Virus record (IMG/VR): IMGVR_UViG_3300015241_000015
Location: 17,926-81,925 of that record
Length of the DNA stretch: 64,000 bases
Source of the DNA: a virus
Reading direction: 5' to 3' (one strand)
This document shows, in pieces, positions 1 through 9,286 of this stretch. Below the pieces are notes generated by a model. The model did not search any database. It saw only the letters and a program-made list of their open reading frames with translations, and was not told where the DNA came from. The translations under genes and the position numbers were made by a program. The stretch's first letter is position 1. Every line of letters begins with the position of its first letter.

Positions 1-701
1 TCGGCCTTGGCCATAACTTCATCGGCGCTCAGATCCCCGGAATTCCCGGTCAACAACTCATGCGCTTCCCGTAATTGCTGGGTAGCCCGCATAGCCCGGG
101 TCACTACCGGATTGCGGAAGCGGATTTCCGCGCAAATTAGCTCCAGAGTCCGTGATTCATCTTCGATATCCAGATCGTGGTCTTCAGCAAACCACTTGAT
201 GGTTTCTTTGATCACTGACCTGCGGCTCTCAGGCATCCGGTACTTCAACAGCACGATGACATCAGCCTCGTCGATCTGGTCTTCTTCAGCCCGGAATTGC
301 CGTGTGACTTTCTCGAAGTCTTCTTCCTTCATTTCCTGGGCATTTTTAATCAACACCGTGTTGTAGCGCTGTTCCTCTGGAAGATCGATCAGGTAATCGG
401 CGTTCTCGGCCCGTAGTTTCAAGAAGTCTTCCTTGGGAAGCTTCTTCAAGCTCTCGGCCAAGCGCACATAGCGGAACCAAGTGGACCGGCCTACGCCCAG
501 ATGCTGGCGAAATTCGCTTTCCCCATCAAAGCCCATGGCCTGGAACAAGCGCTCACGTTTAACCTCGGCGCCGATCCAGCCCACCAGCAGAGAGGAACGG
601 CAGGACGATTGGGCGGCGGCCGTAGCCTCTTTCAGCAGCGCCGTGGCCCGACGCTTCAGCGTAGCGGGGCTATTATCTTCAACTATTTCTAATGTTCCCA
701 T
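1..701 (-). CDS. Hypothetical phage protein, possible HTH (3' end beyond window edge)
   Basis: ATG at 701 with AGAAGGAG RBS; open frame MGTLEIVEDNSPATLKRRA...RQHLGVGRSTWFRYVRLA runs off the left edge. Confidence 0.7.
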   Translation of the reverse strand, partial: MGTLEIVEDNSPATLKRRATALLKEATAAAQSSCRSSLLVGWIGAEVKRERLFQAMGFDGESEFRQHLGVGRSTWFRYVRLAESLKKLPKEDFLKLRAENADYLIDLPEEQRYNTVLIKNAQEMKEEDFEKVTRQFRAEEDQIDEADVIVLLKYRMPESRRSVIKETIKWFAEDHDLDIEDESRTLELICAEIRFRNPVVTRAMRATQQLREAHELLTGNSGDLSADEVMAKA

Positions 702-714
702 GGTGACTCTCCTT

Positions 715-2442
715 CTAAAACGGAGCCTCCTCCGCATTTGAATACTCAGATTGCAGCCCGTCTGATTTCTTGTTCCCGCGCCGCGGTGGCTCCCAGCGCA
801 CCCGCTCCACCGTGATCCCCTCTTGTGGGGGATTCTGGTCGATGTACTTGATATAGAAATTGTCCGGGCTCAGCGCCGCCTTGATCTCAATCTCCACCAG
901 CCGTACCCACTCATGCTTGGCCTCATGCCGATTGACAACCCGCAAGCCCAACACCCACTCGGCATACCCGGCAATAGCCGAAGCCCCGCGGATCCGTTCG
1001 GTCAACGTAGCTTCTTCGCTGCCCTTGGTCTCGTGGTGGATCAGTGTGACTTGGCAACCAGTCTTCTCTTGGATCAGCGCCACATTGTCAATGACTCGCT
1101 GCATTGCAGTATTGTCGTTCTCTTCGGCCGTGTGCAGGCGGCGAAATACATCCAAGACTAGGAATTCAGTCTTATGTTTCTCTAATGCCCGTATGAGTTC
1201 ATTGCGGTCGTCTTCGTCATCGATCATCAGGCGCTGCTTCTCTTGGCGGCTATTCACATATAGATTGGCTTTGATGTCTTCCAGTACCACTTCCCGGCCC
1301 CGCGCCAGCTTCTTCAGTCTCCACTGCGTTAGTTGCGGAGCGTCTTCCCTGGTCACATAGGCTACCCGGGCGGGCCGTTCCACATAGAACCCCGCTCCCC
1401 CATTTCCCGGTAGCCACGGTAACCCCGCCGCCAGGCAGATACACAGATCGGCGATTAGTAAACTCTTACCAGCCTTAGGCCGTGCAATGATCATTCCGTT
1501 GGCGCCAGACTGGATCAACCCCTCGACCATCCAGTTCAGCGATGGCGGGGTATGCCGGGTAAATTCGACTACATCGACCAGGATCCCGCTACTTACTTCA
1601 GAGGGCCTCCACGCTGGCGTCTGGTTGGCTTCCTTGACCAGTTCGCCAAACTGATGGCCTTGGGCATACCAATCGACTACGTCGCCCTTCAGGGGCAATC
1701 CTGGTAGCTTTACGACCTTCACTCCCGCGGCATAGCGATAGATGGAATTGGCGACCTGGAGCGCGTGCTTTTCACCCTTCTCGTCGTTGTCCGGGAAAAT
1801 GATTACTTTCTTCCCGGTCAAGAATGGAGAATACTCATCTAGCCACTTCTCCGCTCCCCCGGAATTGCACGTGGCAGCCACCTCGACCACCATCTCCAGA
1901 TCGCGGCGTACCAGATCGACTTTCTTCTCGCCTTCAAAAACCAGAACCTCCCGGGCGGTGATGATATCGGGCAAGCGATAGAGAGCCCGTCGGCACTTAT
2001 CCAGACTCCACACCCAGCCCCCTTGCTCGTCGGGATGGCGGAAACTGATTTTCTTTTTCCCGTAATTGTCCTTGGGATACCGGATCACCTGATAGAGCAA
2101 ATGGCCGTATTCGTCGGTGTAGTCGTAGGCGGCCTCCCAGCGTTGCCCGGAAATAAACCCCTGGCGCAAGCCCATGATCTCGGCGATATTCGCCATTGCC
2201 ACTTCTTTATCGCAGCGGGCGAACTTCATCTCGAAGTCGATTACACCGCCCCCTCCACAACCGGCGCCAGACCAACATTTCCAGACGCCTTTCTCGAAAT
2301 TCACACTGAGCGATGGGGTGCGATCGTCATGGAAGGGGCACTTGGCCGCGTAACTGGAACCCGAGCGCCGCAGACTCTGGCCTTGCAGTCGGGCTTCGAA
2401 GTATTTCTTGAATTCGGCGGTTCCTAACTCGTTCACTTTCAC
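715..2442 (-). CDS. DNA primase-helicase (CHC2 Zn finger + TOPRIM + AAA_25/RepA-like helicase)
   Basis: CPFHDDRTPS...WKC Zn finger; FEGEKK and FPDND TOPRIM motifs; Walker A ARPKAGKS; Walker B LVLDVF; IHHETK. Confidence 0.9.
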   Translation of the reverse strand: MKVNELGTAEFKKYFEARLQGQSLRRSGSSYAAKCPFHDDRTPSLSVNFEKGVWKCWSGAGCGGGGVIDFEMKFARCDKEVAMANIAEIMGLRQGFISGQRWEAAYDYTDEYGHLLYQVIRYPKDNYGKKKISFRHPDEQGGWVWSLDKCRRALYRLPDIITAREVLVFEGEKKVDLVRRDLEMVVEVAATCNSGGAEKWLDEYSPFLTGKKVIIFPDNDEKGEKHALQVANSIYRYAAGVKVVKLPGLPLKGDVVDWYAQGHQFGELVKEANQTPAWRPSEVSSGILVDVVEFTRHTPPSLNWMVEGLIQSGANGMIIARPKAGKSLLIADLCICLAAGLPWLPGNGGAGFYVERPARVAYVTREDAPQLTQWRLKKLARGREVVLEDIKANLYVNSRQEKQRLMIDDEDDRNELIRALEKHKTEFLVLDVFRRLHTAEENDNTAMQRVIDNVALIQEKTGCQVTLIHHETKGSEEATLTERIRGASAIAGYAEWVLGLRVVNRHEAKHEWVRLVEIEIKAALSPDNFYIKYIDQNPPQEGITVERVRWEPPRRGNKKSDGLQSEYSNAEEAPF

Positions 2443-2964
2443 TTACACGTACCTATCTGGTCTCTAAAACTAACCGCACAATATCTTTCCCGCACTCCGC
2501 ACATTCCATGACAATCCCACCTTCATCGTTGATCCGCGCCCAGGTGGGTGAATCAGGATGACAGGCCGAATGCAGCACCAGCCACTCTTCCTTTTTTTCA
2601 GGGACGGCAATTATCCCGATCTTCTTCGATCTCAAGTCTTGAACAGACATCCGTCGGCTCCTTCTCCAGCCATCTCTCAATGGCAATTTTGTGATTGTGT
2701 CCCGTCATCAACCCCTCACACTTAGGCCGCTGCCGGAACCAGCGCCACCATTTGAACGCATAGATCAATACATCCCACCAGTGAAGCTTTTGCATACCTT
2801 GCATTCCTCTATCACTCCACTCCCACCACAGGCCGGGCATATTGCAGTATCGACTTGCACATCGCACGGCAGCTCAACAGCCGGGACTGCCACCGCGCCC
2901 GTTCCCTCACAGTTCAAGCAGAACACGCATACGCAGTCCTCGTAGCCCTTCAGTTCCGCCCACA

Positions 2965-3354
2965 TTACCCTATCTCCTCTTCCTCCGACTCACTCAAGGC
3001 CCGCGTCTTATACACCTGCTTGATCTGGTTGTGGAAGAATCGCCCCACAGAATCGGCTGTCCGCATCTTTTCGTAAATGATGTCGGGAACCCCGTCATAG
3101 TGGTAAACCTTGCTTACCGACCCATCCCGGTTGCGGAATTGAACGTAAGTAGACCCGTCTGTAGTCCTGCGAATGGCATGGACGTTGCTCGAATCTACAC
3201 GCTCCCAGGGCGGTTCTTGAGGTTTAGGCCGTACCGGCATCAAAGATTCGTCTGAGGGCATCGTAGACGGCGTAGGAGTCATCTCCCGGCTCTCTGTAGA
3301 CTGTTGTTCCGGCTCTTCAGGCGTTTCCATGGCTACCCCCTTCCATTTCTCCAT
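2965..3354 (-). CDS. KTSC-domain protein
   Basis: VDSSNVHAI...VQFRN...YHYDGVPDIIYEKMRTADSVGRFFHNQIK matches the KTSC pattern. Confidence 0.8.
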   Translation of the reverse strand: MEKWKGVAMETPEEPEQQSTESREMTPTPSTMPSDESLMPVRPKPQEPPWERVDSSNVHAIRRTTDGSTYVQFRNRDGSVSKVYHYDGVPDIIYEKMRTADSVGRFFHNQIKQVYKTRALSESEEEEIG

Positions 3355-3631
3355 CGTTACTCGCGATGCTCCACAGGCTCACTATGTCGTCGGACAATTG
3401 CTGATTACCTCCGGTATAAATTCGGTTCATCATGCGGATCAGCACCGCTATCCCATGGTCTAAGTCTGCTCGCGCCACACTCCCATCAGCGCCGATCTTG
3501 ATTCCCATCAGGCAGCGATTCACGGTGTCCAGAGCCCGGTAAGCCCGGCTAAACATGGCCTGCACCTCTTGGATATCCTCGGGATTGGCGCAGGTAAAGC
3601 TGACTCGAATCTTTTGCAGTTCAGGCATCAA
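3317..3631 (-). CDS. Hypothetical protein
   Basis: ORF in tightly packed leftward operon. Confidence 0.55.
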   Translation of the reverse strand: MMPELQKIRVSFTCANPEDIQEVQAMFSRAYRALDTVNRCLMGIKIGADGSVARADLDHGIAVLIRMMNRIYTGGNQQLSDDIVSLWSIASNDGEMEGGSHGNA

Positions 3632-3780
3632 TACTCTCCCTCTCGCGGAACTCCTTTTCCCATCGCTCCAGTAGGCCAGAATCCCTGAGGCTCTTTCTAA
3701 AGTAAAACCTCTCCAACTCCGCCTCGTGATCGCAAATAGCCGAGAATTGATCTGTGTTGGCTTTCAGTTTCTCCTGATCG

Positions 3781-4128
3781 TCAGGCATGATGTCTCTCCT
3801 CCTCCGCCGCCACGTCAGCAAAAGTCTTGTTGCTGATTCTTAGATTCCTCAGGCTGACAATATCGGCGTCCATCTGGCTGATGTTGACCGGATAGGTCAG
3901 CAACACCGAGTCAATCACCTTGTGCATGGCCTCCAAGATATCCCGCTCGATGGGCTGCTCTTCATCCTGACACGCTATGGTCTCTATGAATTCCCGCAAA
4001 GCCTCCATGGCCTTCGCGATCCGTTCATTCATCAGGCCAAAACTGGCCATCACATCTTCCGTGCGGCAGACCACCACAACCTTGGCCGGCCCTGGCAAAT
4101 AGTCTTTTTCAAACATATACACCCTCAT
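3781..4128 (-). CDS. Hypothetical protein
   Basis: ORF overlapping neighbours in leftward operon. Confidence 0.55.
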   Translation of the reverse strand: MRVYMFEKDYLPGPAKVVVVCRTEDVMASFGLMNERIAKAMEALREFIETIACQDEEQPIERDILEAMHKVIDSVLLTYPVNISQMDADIVSLRNLRISNKTFADVAAEEERHHA

Positions 4129-4592
4129 TTCGCTAATAGCCGTTTTTCAAAGCACTCCCAACTTTTGCAAAGATGGTCATGCCAATCCCGGTATTCCCGA
4201 TGCCGATCGTTCTTGCCTGACAGAAACTCGTCTTCAGCCAGATTGTCGATCGCCAGCTTGAAAGCCTTCAACGCATTGCCGCGATCCCCATTAGCCCAGC
4301 GCACCAACTCCCGTAAGCGGCTCAGGCCCTTCTTTATGCGCAATTCCGACGGCGTATACCCGTGGGCTCTCTCGGTTCGTTCACAGTAGTATTTCCAGAT
4401 GCGCGGCAACTTCTCTTGCTCCCATGGATCTTCGGTCAGTTTATTCACCATCTCTTCGGCAGTACTAAAACGATGGTGGTGGTTGATTGGTGTTGGTTCA
4501 GGTAAATAGTCTGATTGAAATAGATGCGGCTGAACTTGCATGTTGGAAAGATCCTCCAGGGAAGGTGTGCCGGAAACAATAGCACACTTCAC
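4125..4592 (-). CDS. Hypothetical protein
   Basis: ORF with coupled stop/start in leftward operon. Confidence 0.55.
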   Translation of the reverse strand: MKCAIVSGTPSLEDLSNMQVQPHLFQSDYLPEPTPINHHHRFSTAEEMVNKLTEDPWEQEKLPRIWKYYCERTERAHGYTPSELRIKKGLSRLRELVRWANGDRGNALKAFKLAIDNLAEDEFLSGKNDRHREYRDWHDHLCKSWECFEKRLLAK

Positions 4593-5068
4593 CTATCGGT
4601 CAATCGCTATTTTTATCTAGTTTGCGTTCCTTCAGCCACTCTAATGCTTCCCACCATGACTGTGGATAGGTATCTTGGTTTCTTCTATATAATTTGATTT
4701 GCACTGCCGGCGGAATAAGCTTAAAGCAACGATAACAGAACGATCTATCTACCGCTTTCTCTTGCTGACAACTAGGGCACACTGTACTTTCGAGGCTATC
4801 GCTTGATAGCTGGTACAAGGTCTTCATGTACTACCTTCTATCTGTTGCGGTCTTTAGTGGGTTGAATCTATATCTTGGGCGTTAACGTGTTTCGGTGAAC
4901 TCCTTTCTTCTTTGGTAGCGGCGTGCCGTGCAGCGTATTCGTGCTCATGGCACCAACAAGAACACCAAGCCTTCGGTTCAACGACCGGAGCCCCCGGTGT
5001 GCTCACATTGGAACAATGCCAGGAACAGCGGCATACGGTTCCTTGGCGAAGCGGGCGGCCGTCAGGGG

Positions 5069-5482
5069 TCATGCGCTTTCCTTCTTGAAAATCACAACCA
5101 TACTGGGGAACGGGGCTGGCTGAATCGATCCATTGAATTTCAATCGGCCGCGAATGAAGCGAACCTCACGGGCTTGCGGTAGCACCAAATCGTGAAACCA
5201 AGGTGATGACGTTCTTGCCGGTATCAGATACACCGCCAGATCGGCTTCCCGGCCACGCTCCAGCCATTCCCTAATCCCTGGGCCGTAAGGTGGATTGCAA
5301 AACACCCGCCGGCCCGTCCAGGAAACAAACAGCGGCGCCAACCCGTCCTCGATTCCACCCAGCGGGCAAGGATCGAAATCGAAGTGGAATTCCTCGTTGA
5401 GCGACCTATAAAGCCACTCAGGCGTCCTCCACTCCGCCGTGGTCGAACTGAAAATTACCCGGGATGGCATGGCTGATTTCAA
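5069..5482 (-). CDS. dam: Phage DNA N6-adenine methyltransferase (Dam-type)
   Basis: EWRTP...FDFDPC...VFCNPPYG catalytic motif...LIPARTSSPWFH. Confidence 0.88.
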   Translation of the reverse strand: MKSAMPSRVIFSSTTAEWRTPEWLYRSLNEEFHFDFDPCPLGGIEDGLAPLFVSWTGRRVFCNPPYGPGIREWLERGREADLAVYLIPARTSSPWFHDLVLPQAREVRFIRGRLKFNGSIQPAPFPSMVVIFKKESA

Positions 5483-6057
5483 GTCGTTTTAACTTCTACG
5501 AATCGCGTGACTCGAAAGGTTCCAAACGGGCCACGTTTCTCAGGGCGAAAATCTCCAATGCCCGTACTCACTCCGCCCTCGGCCAGAAGCTGATGGGCTG
5601 TCTCAATCGGAAGCTGATTGTCGTCAATTTGCAGATTGAACTTCGCTGACCACTGGTCGAACCGCGGGCGGTGTCTCATCACGCGCCCCTTTGTCGCCGG
5701 GATCGTGACAGGCCGCGAATCAACCTCGAATCTCTTGGCTGGGCCACCATCTCCGTTCAGAATCGTGACGGTATCGCTGCATATTCGAACGGCCGCCGGC
5801 ACGACAAATTTCAGCGTTTTCCGGGATGAGCGCATCTTGTGATTCGCCCCAGCCGCTCCCATCACGTTCGGAATCGCAAACGCCGAAAAGTAGAAGTGGC
5901 CTGCATCATCAATGTATGCAACCCGCCTCGCGGCTTCGAGTGGATCTTCATGTTGCGCCAATTGCGTTCTCGTGGGCTTTGCCAATTGTGCGCGTTCATC
6001 GAACCGTTGAATAAGCAAAGGCGTCAGTCCAGCAATTTCACATTCGATCAGTTTCAT
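5479..6057 (-). CDS. RAMP/Cas7-like RNA-binding protein (Vipr-like)
   Basis: N-terminal strand IECEIAGLTPLLI and C-terminal Gly-rich loop GIGDFRPEKRGPFGTFRV typical of the RAMP fold; adjacent to a GGY-NN repeat RNA. Confidence 0.75.
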   Translation of the reverse strand: MKLIECEIAGLTPLLIQRFDERAQLAKPTRTQLAQHEDPLEAARRVAYIDDAGHFYFSAFAIPNVMGAAGANHKMRSSRKTLKFVVPAAVRICSDTVTILNGDGGPAKRFEVDSRPVTIPATKGRVMRHRPRFDQWSAKFNLQIDDNQLPIETAHQLLAEGGVSTGIGDFRPEKRGPFGTFRVTRFVEVKTT

Positions 6058-6105
6058 TGGGTGGATCTCCTTTCAGGTTACGTAAATTTATTTCAGTTCC
6101 ATGGC

Positions 6106-6135
6106 TTGCCAATTCCTTCCCCTGTTTTGTAAAGT
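6106..6135 (+). promoter_or_regulatory. Sigma70-like promoter for the pentamer-repeat RNA
   Basis: TTGCCA (6106-6111), 18 bp, TAAAGT (6130-6135), about 10 nt before the first repeat. Confidence 0.55.
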
Positions 6136-6145
6136 TGTTGACCTT

Positions 6146-6274
6146 GGCGCTGCGAGGCGCGGCACTGCATGGCAAGGCAGGGCACGGCCTGGCACGGCGT
6201 GGCCTGGCAAGGTCGGGCATGGCTTGGCTCTGCACGGCAAGGCAAGGACAGGCGGGGTGTGTTAAGCCCCGCCT
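6146..6274 (+). ncRNA. GGY-NN pentamer-repeat guide RNA candidate (23 units + 3' hairpin)
   Basis: 23 units in perfect 5-nt register at 6146-6260 (17 GGC, 2 GGT, 3 TGC, 1 GGA, each plus a variable NN); promoter upstream; hairpin AGGCGGGG/CCCCGCCT followed by ATTTATTT. Confidence 0.8.
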
Positions 6275-6282
6275 ATTTATTT
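6250..6282 (+). terminator. Intrinsic terminator-like hairpin closing the pentamer RNA
   Basis: AGGCGGGG-tgtgttaag-CCCCGCCT-ATTTATTT. Confidence 0.6.
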
Positions 6283-6294
6283 GCGTGCAATGGC

Positions 6295-7728
6295 TCACTT
6301 CTCCTCCTTGCTTGGAGGGGTCTTGTCGGATGATTTTTGGTGATGCGGATTTGATGCGGATTCTGCTTTATTTTGGTCTATTTTGCTGATGGATGTCGTT
6401 GAAGCTATTGATTCTATTGAGGTTGATTCCAACTCTGGATCAGCATATCGGGGTTCGAATCCCTGGGGGGCAGCCAAATCTTTTGAACAACTTACAGACT
6501 TTTCATTCGTTTTTGATTCGCCCTCGTCTCCTCCATAGTGCGGTTTTGATGCGGATTGACTCTTCTTCTTTCCCTCTTCTTTGGTCTCTTTTGGGGCCTC
6601 GTCGTCCAGGACTTGCACCCACTCCGCATTTGCGCCGGGGATCAGGTGGCCGTAAATGTCGATCGTGACCGAAATACTCTTATGCCCCATCTGCTTTTGC
6701 ACATAGGCCGGAGAGACTCCCGCCTGGATCAGCAGGCTGCCGTAAGTGTGGCGAAGGTCATGAAACCGGAAGCGACGAATACCGGCTTGCTCTAGCGCTG
6801 GATCGAGGTATCGCTTGGCGATATTGTCCGGGAATATCGGTCCACCGGTCTCCGATGGGAACACCAGATCGTCGGAAATACTGGTCTTGCCATCCATGAA
6901 GGCAGGCAGAAGGCGTTCATCTCTCGCCACCACCAGCGCCGTCCGTAATTGTTCTGTCATATCAACGCGACGGGACTCGCCGCTCTTGGGAGAACCAAAG
7001 GTTTTGGATTTCACGTCATAAGTTCTCTCGACCAGGATGAAGCACTCCGGCCCAACACATTCCCCGAACTGAATATGCCCCCACTGCAAGGCGATCAATT
7101 CACCCTTGCGAAGCCCAGCCCGTAAAGCGGCCAGGAAAAAAACGGAGTATCCTGGGCATATCTCGCCAACTGCCGTCAGGAAACGTTGCGCCTCGCTGCG
7201 TGTCATCGAATCCCCTTTAGCTTTGCCCTTTTGCTTCTTGTTGAATTTTCCGATCCGTGAAGCGGGATTGGAAGCAATAATGCCATCTTCGACGGCGGCA
7301 TTCAGACAGGCGCGCAATGCCCCGTATGTTAGGCGTACCGTGTTGCGCGCAAGCTTGCCATTCGATAAATCGCCAACAAAAGACTTCACTTCCTCGCGGG
7401 TTATTTTGGTTAAAGCCTGTGCGCCAAACCTGGGGACCACGCGAAGCCTGAGTTGCTCCTCGTAACTGCCCCAGCTTCTGTGTTTGATTTCCCCTTTGCG
7501 CCCACGAAGCCAGGCGGCGGAATACTGCGAAAATGTTTGCTCTTTGCACGCTTCTTCTTTCGTTTCGAGAAAGCCTAACTGGCCCAAAGCGGCCATACCT
7601 TCGGCTCGCTTCCGAATCTGCTCTGCCAGTTTCGCGTCACCAGTCTTCAGCGATTTCGAGGAGCGTTTTCCTTTGTGGTTAACAAATAACCACCACACGC
7701 CTTTCACTTTTTTCAGTTTGACTCCCAC
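6295..7728 (-). CDS. int: Tyrosine recombinase / phage integrase
   Basis: AGLRKGELIAL, PKSG, FHDLRHTYGS, MGHKSISVTIDIYGH catalytic R-K-H-R-H-Y set; N-terminal arm-binding segment. Confidence 0.95.
   Translation of the reverse strand: MGVKLKKVKGVWWLFVNHKGKRSSKSLKTGDAKLAEQIRKRAEGMAALGQLGFLETKEEACKEQTFSQYSAAWLRGRKGEIKHRSWGSYEEQLRLRVVPRFGAQALTKITREEVKSFVGDLSNGKLARNTVRLTYGALRACLNAAVEDGIIASNPASRIGKFNKKQKGKAKGDSMTRSEAQRFLTAVGEICPGYSVFFLAALRAGLRKGELIALQWGHIQFGECVGPECFILVERTYDVKSKTFGSPKSGESRRVDMTEQLRTALVVARDERLLPAFMDGKTSISDDLVFPSETGGPIFPDNIAKRYLDPALEQAGIRRFRFHDLRHTYGSLLIQAGVSPAYVQKQMGHKSISVTIDIYGHLIPGANAEWVQVLDDEAPKETKEEGKKKSQSASKPHYGGDEGESKTNEKSVSCSKDLAAPQGFEPRYADPELESTSIESIASTTSISKIDQNKAESASNPHHQKSSDKTPPSKEEK
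6341..6557 (+). repeat. Integrase arm-type binding site repeats (TGATGCGGATT x3)
   Basis: Copies at 6341-6351, 6352-6362 and 6547-6557, plus a degenerate copy near 6536, flanking the att core. Confidence 0.7.
6432..6476 (+). other. attP core: 3' half of tRNA-Gln(CUG)
   Basis: ACT-CTG-GA anticodon loop, T-arm CGGGG-TTCGAAT-CCCTG, acceptor strand GGGGCAG-CCA; no 5' half present; lies inside int. Confidence 0.85.
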
Positions 7729-7731
7729 GAT

Positions 7732-7977
7732 TTATCCTCCCGAAAACATCTTTTTCAACATCGCATCAACTTGCTCTGTTTCAATAGCCACGCTATGAGC
7801 GCGCATCCAGCGATCAAACTCTGACCGTTCAACTCGAAACTTTTTGCCCACACGCGAAGCGGGGAGCGGATCGGAGATCCTGTGTATCCAGCCGAGCAAG
7901 GTCCGCTCCGAGACGCTCGCATAGGTACACAGCGATTTCAGATCCAACCACTCGGACTTAACTTCTTGCTTTCTCAT
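7732..7977 (-). CDS. xis: Excisionase / helix-turn-helix DNA-binding protein
   Basis: WLDLKSLCTYASVSERTLLGWI...LPASRVGKKFRVERSEFDRWM; immediately upstream of int. Confidence 0.85.
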   Translation of the reverse strand: MRKQEVKSEWLDLKSLCTYASVSERTLLGWIHRISDPLPASRVGKKFRVERSEFDRWMRAHSVAIETEQVDAMLKKMFSGG

Positions 7978-7981
7978 AATT

Positions 7982-8878
7982 CTACGCAGCTTTCTGTATG
8001 CCCCCCGGCAATTCGTCCCAGACCCGGCCATCCAAAAGACGACAGGTTTTTGGCTTTCCGACACGGACCCCAGCCAAGCCGTCCCGCCAGTTGTGCGCGG
8101 CGATGACCGACATGCGGGCGTAGCCCTCGATCTGGACGTAGGCGCCGCCGGGATAGCGTGGATCCATGACCAGAGGGGCCGTCAGGTACTCGCCCCACGT
8201 TTTGAAATAAAACGGGACGCCGGCGGCCGAGCATTGATCGCGGATCGAGCGAACCCAGTCGGGGTGTAGCGGCCTGGCGTAAGGGCCAATTTCACCGCCC
8301 ACCATGACCAAATCAAGCTTATAGGGCTGTTCCTTGGCTTCGAGGGCCCAGGAGATGTCCACAGGGCCAAGCATTGGTTCTACGGCCACCCAGCGCGTGG
8401 CGGCAGGGGTTTCTAGGAGCGGGATGATGCGCCATTTTTCCGCTTCCGATTCGACCGAGACGCCCAGCCAGAGATTGGGCAGTGGTTGGGGGTAAAGCCG
8501 TTCCATGATGCTTTTCATTCTGGCGGCCCGCTTGGTCAATACCTGGAACGTGTGACGGGGGTTGTCGTCGACCACTCGCAGGATCTGTTCTATCCAGCCG
8601 TCGTGGGCTTCCTCGTGGAAGAGGTCGCTCATGGTGTTGATCATGATGCGGCGGGGCTTGATCAGATGGTAGGGGCGGTCAAGGGTTTTTCGGGAAAAGC
8701 GGAGTTCCCCGGTCCAGGCAGGCTGGGATTCAAGCACCTCGACCAAGCCGGAGTAGGCTCTAAGTTCGCCATTCACGCGTAGCGCACTACGCGCCGACGA
8801 GCAGTTGCGGCAGCCCTCGCTTACACGCGAACATCCCCGCACGCAATTCCAGGCGACATCGAATATTTCATTCACCAT
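7982..8878 (-). CDS. Phage Gp37/Gp68 (DUF5131) family radical-SAM-like protein
   Basis: WNCVRGCSRVSEGCRNC, MSDLFHE, HTFQVLTKR, NLWLGVSVE, EPMLGP, GGEIG; start uncertain. Confidence 0.85.
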   Translation of the reverse strand: MVNEIFDVAWNCVRGCSRVSEGCRNCSSARSALRVNGELRAYSGLVEVLESQPAWTGELRFSRKTLDRPYHLIKPRRIMINTMSDLFHEEAHDGWIEQILRVVDDNPRHTFQVLTKRAARMKSIMERLYPQPLPNLWLGVSVESEAEKWRIIPLLETPAATRWVAVEPMLGPVDISWALEAKEQPYKLDLVMVGGEIGPYARPLHPDWVRSIRDQCSAAGVPFYFKTWGEYLTAPLVMDPRYPGGAYVQIEGYARMSVIAAHNWRDGLAGVRVGKPKTCRLLDGRVWDELPGGIQKAA

Positions 8879-9043
8879 CTTCGTTCTCTTTCTCGTACTC
8901 GTCGAAACTCTTATTGATGCAGGGTCCGCACACGTGCCAGTCGGCAATAAGATCGTGGTCGGTACAGGGCGCGCCGCAATGGATGCAGACGCCATCCTTG
9001 GGGCAATCGCACTCGCCGTCCTTCCAGTGATCTTGGGGGTAGG

Positions 9044-9286
9044 TCATTTACCCCTGGCTTTCAGGATCAACGCTCGCGCTCTGGCTTTGTTGCCAGATCC
9101 AATATGGATAGATGTGTCTTCTACGATCTCTTCAAGGAATCGAACTGCCTCCTCCGCCGCCCCATGCAGTGAGCAAAACTTGAGATGATCTTCGGGGGTC
9201 AGGAACTCCCCATAGCCGAATAGCAACTTGCATCCACAGCCCAGTATGTGAACCTCGTAGCGCTTCGGATGTAACTCCTCGCTCAC
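9044..9286 (-). CDS. Small phage protein, paralog of 9283-9531
   Basis: CSLHGAAEEAVRFLEE...KARG shared with neighbour. Confidence 0.6.
   Translation of the reverse strand: MSEELHPKRYEVHILGCGCKLLFGYGEFLTPEDHLKFCSLHGAAEEAVRFLEEIVEDTSIHIGSGNKARARALILKARGK

Noticed and set aside
6038-6389. ORFs 6038-6298(-) and 6057-6389(+)
   Set aside because: Shadow translations of the GGC-NN pentamer repeat (PCLA/ARHG low complexity); promoter and terminator argue for an RNA
6432-6476. Functional tRNA-Gln gene
   Set aside because: Only anticodon loop to CCA present; no D-arm or 5' acceptor strand, so treated as att core
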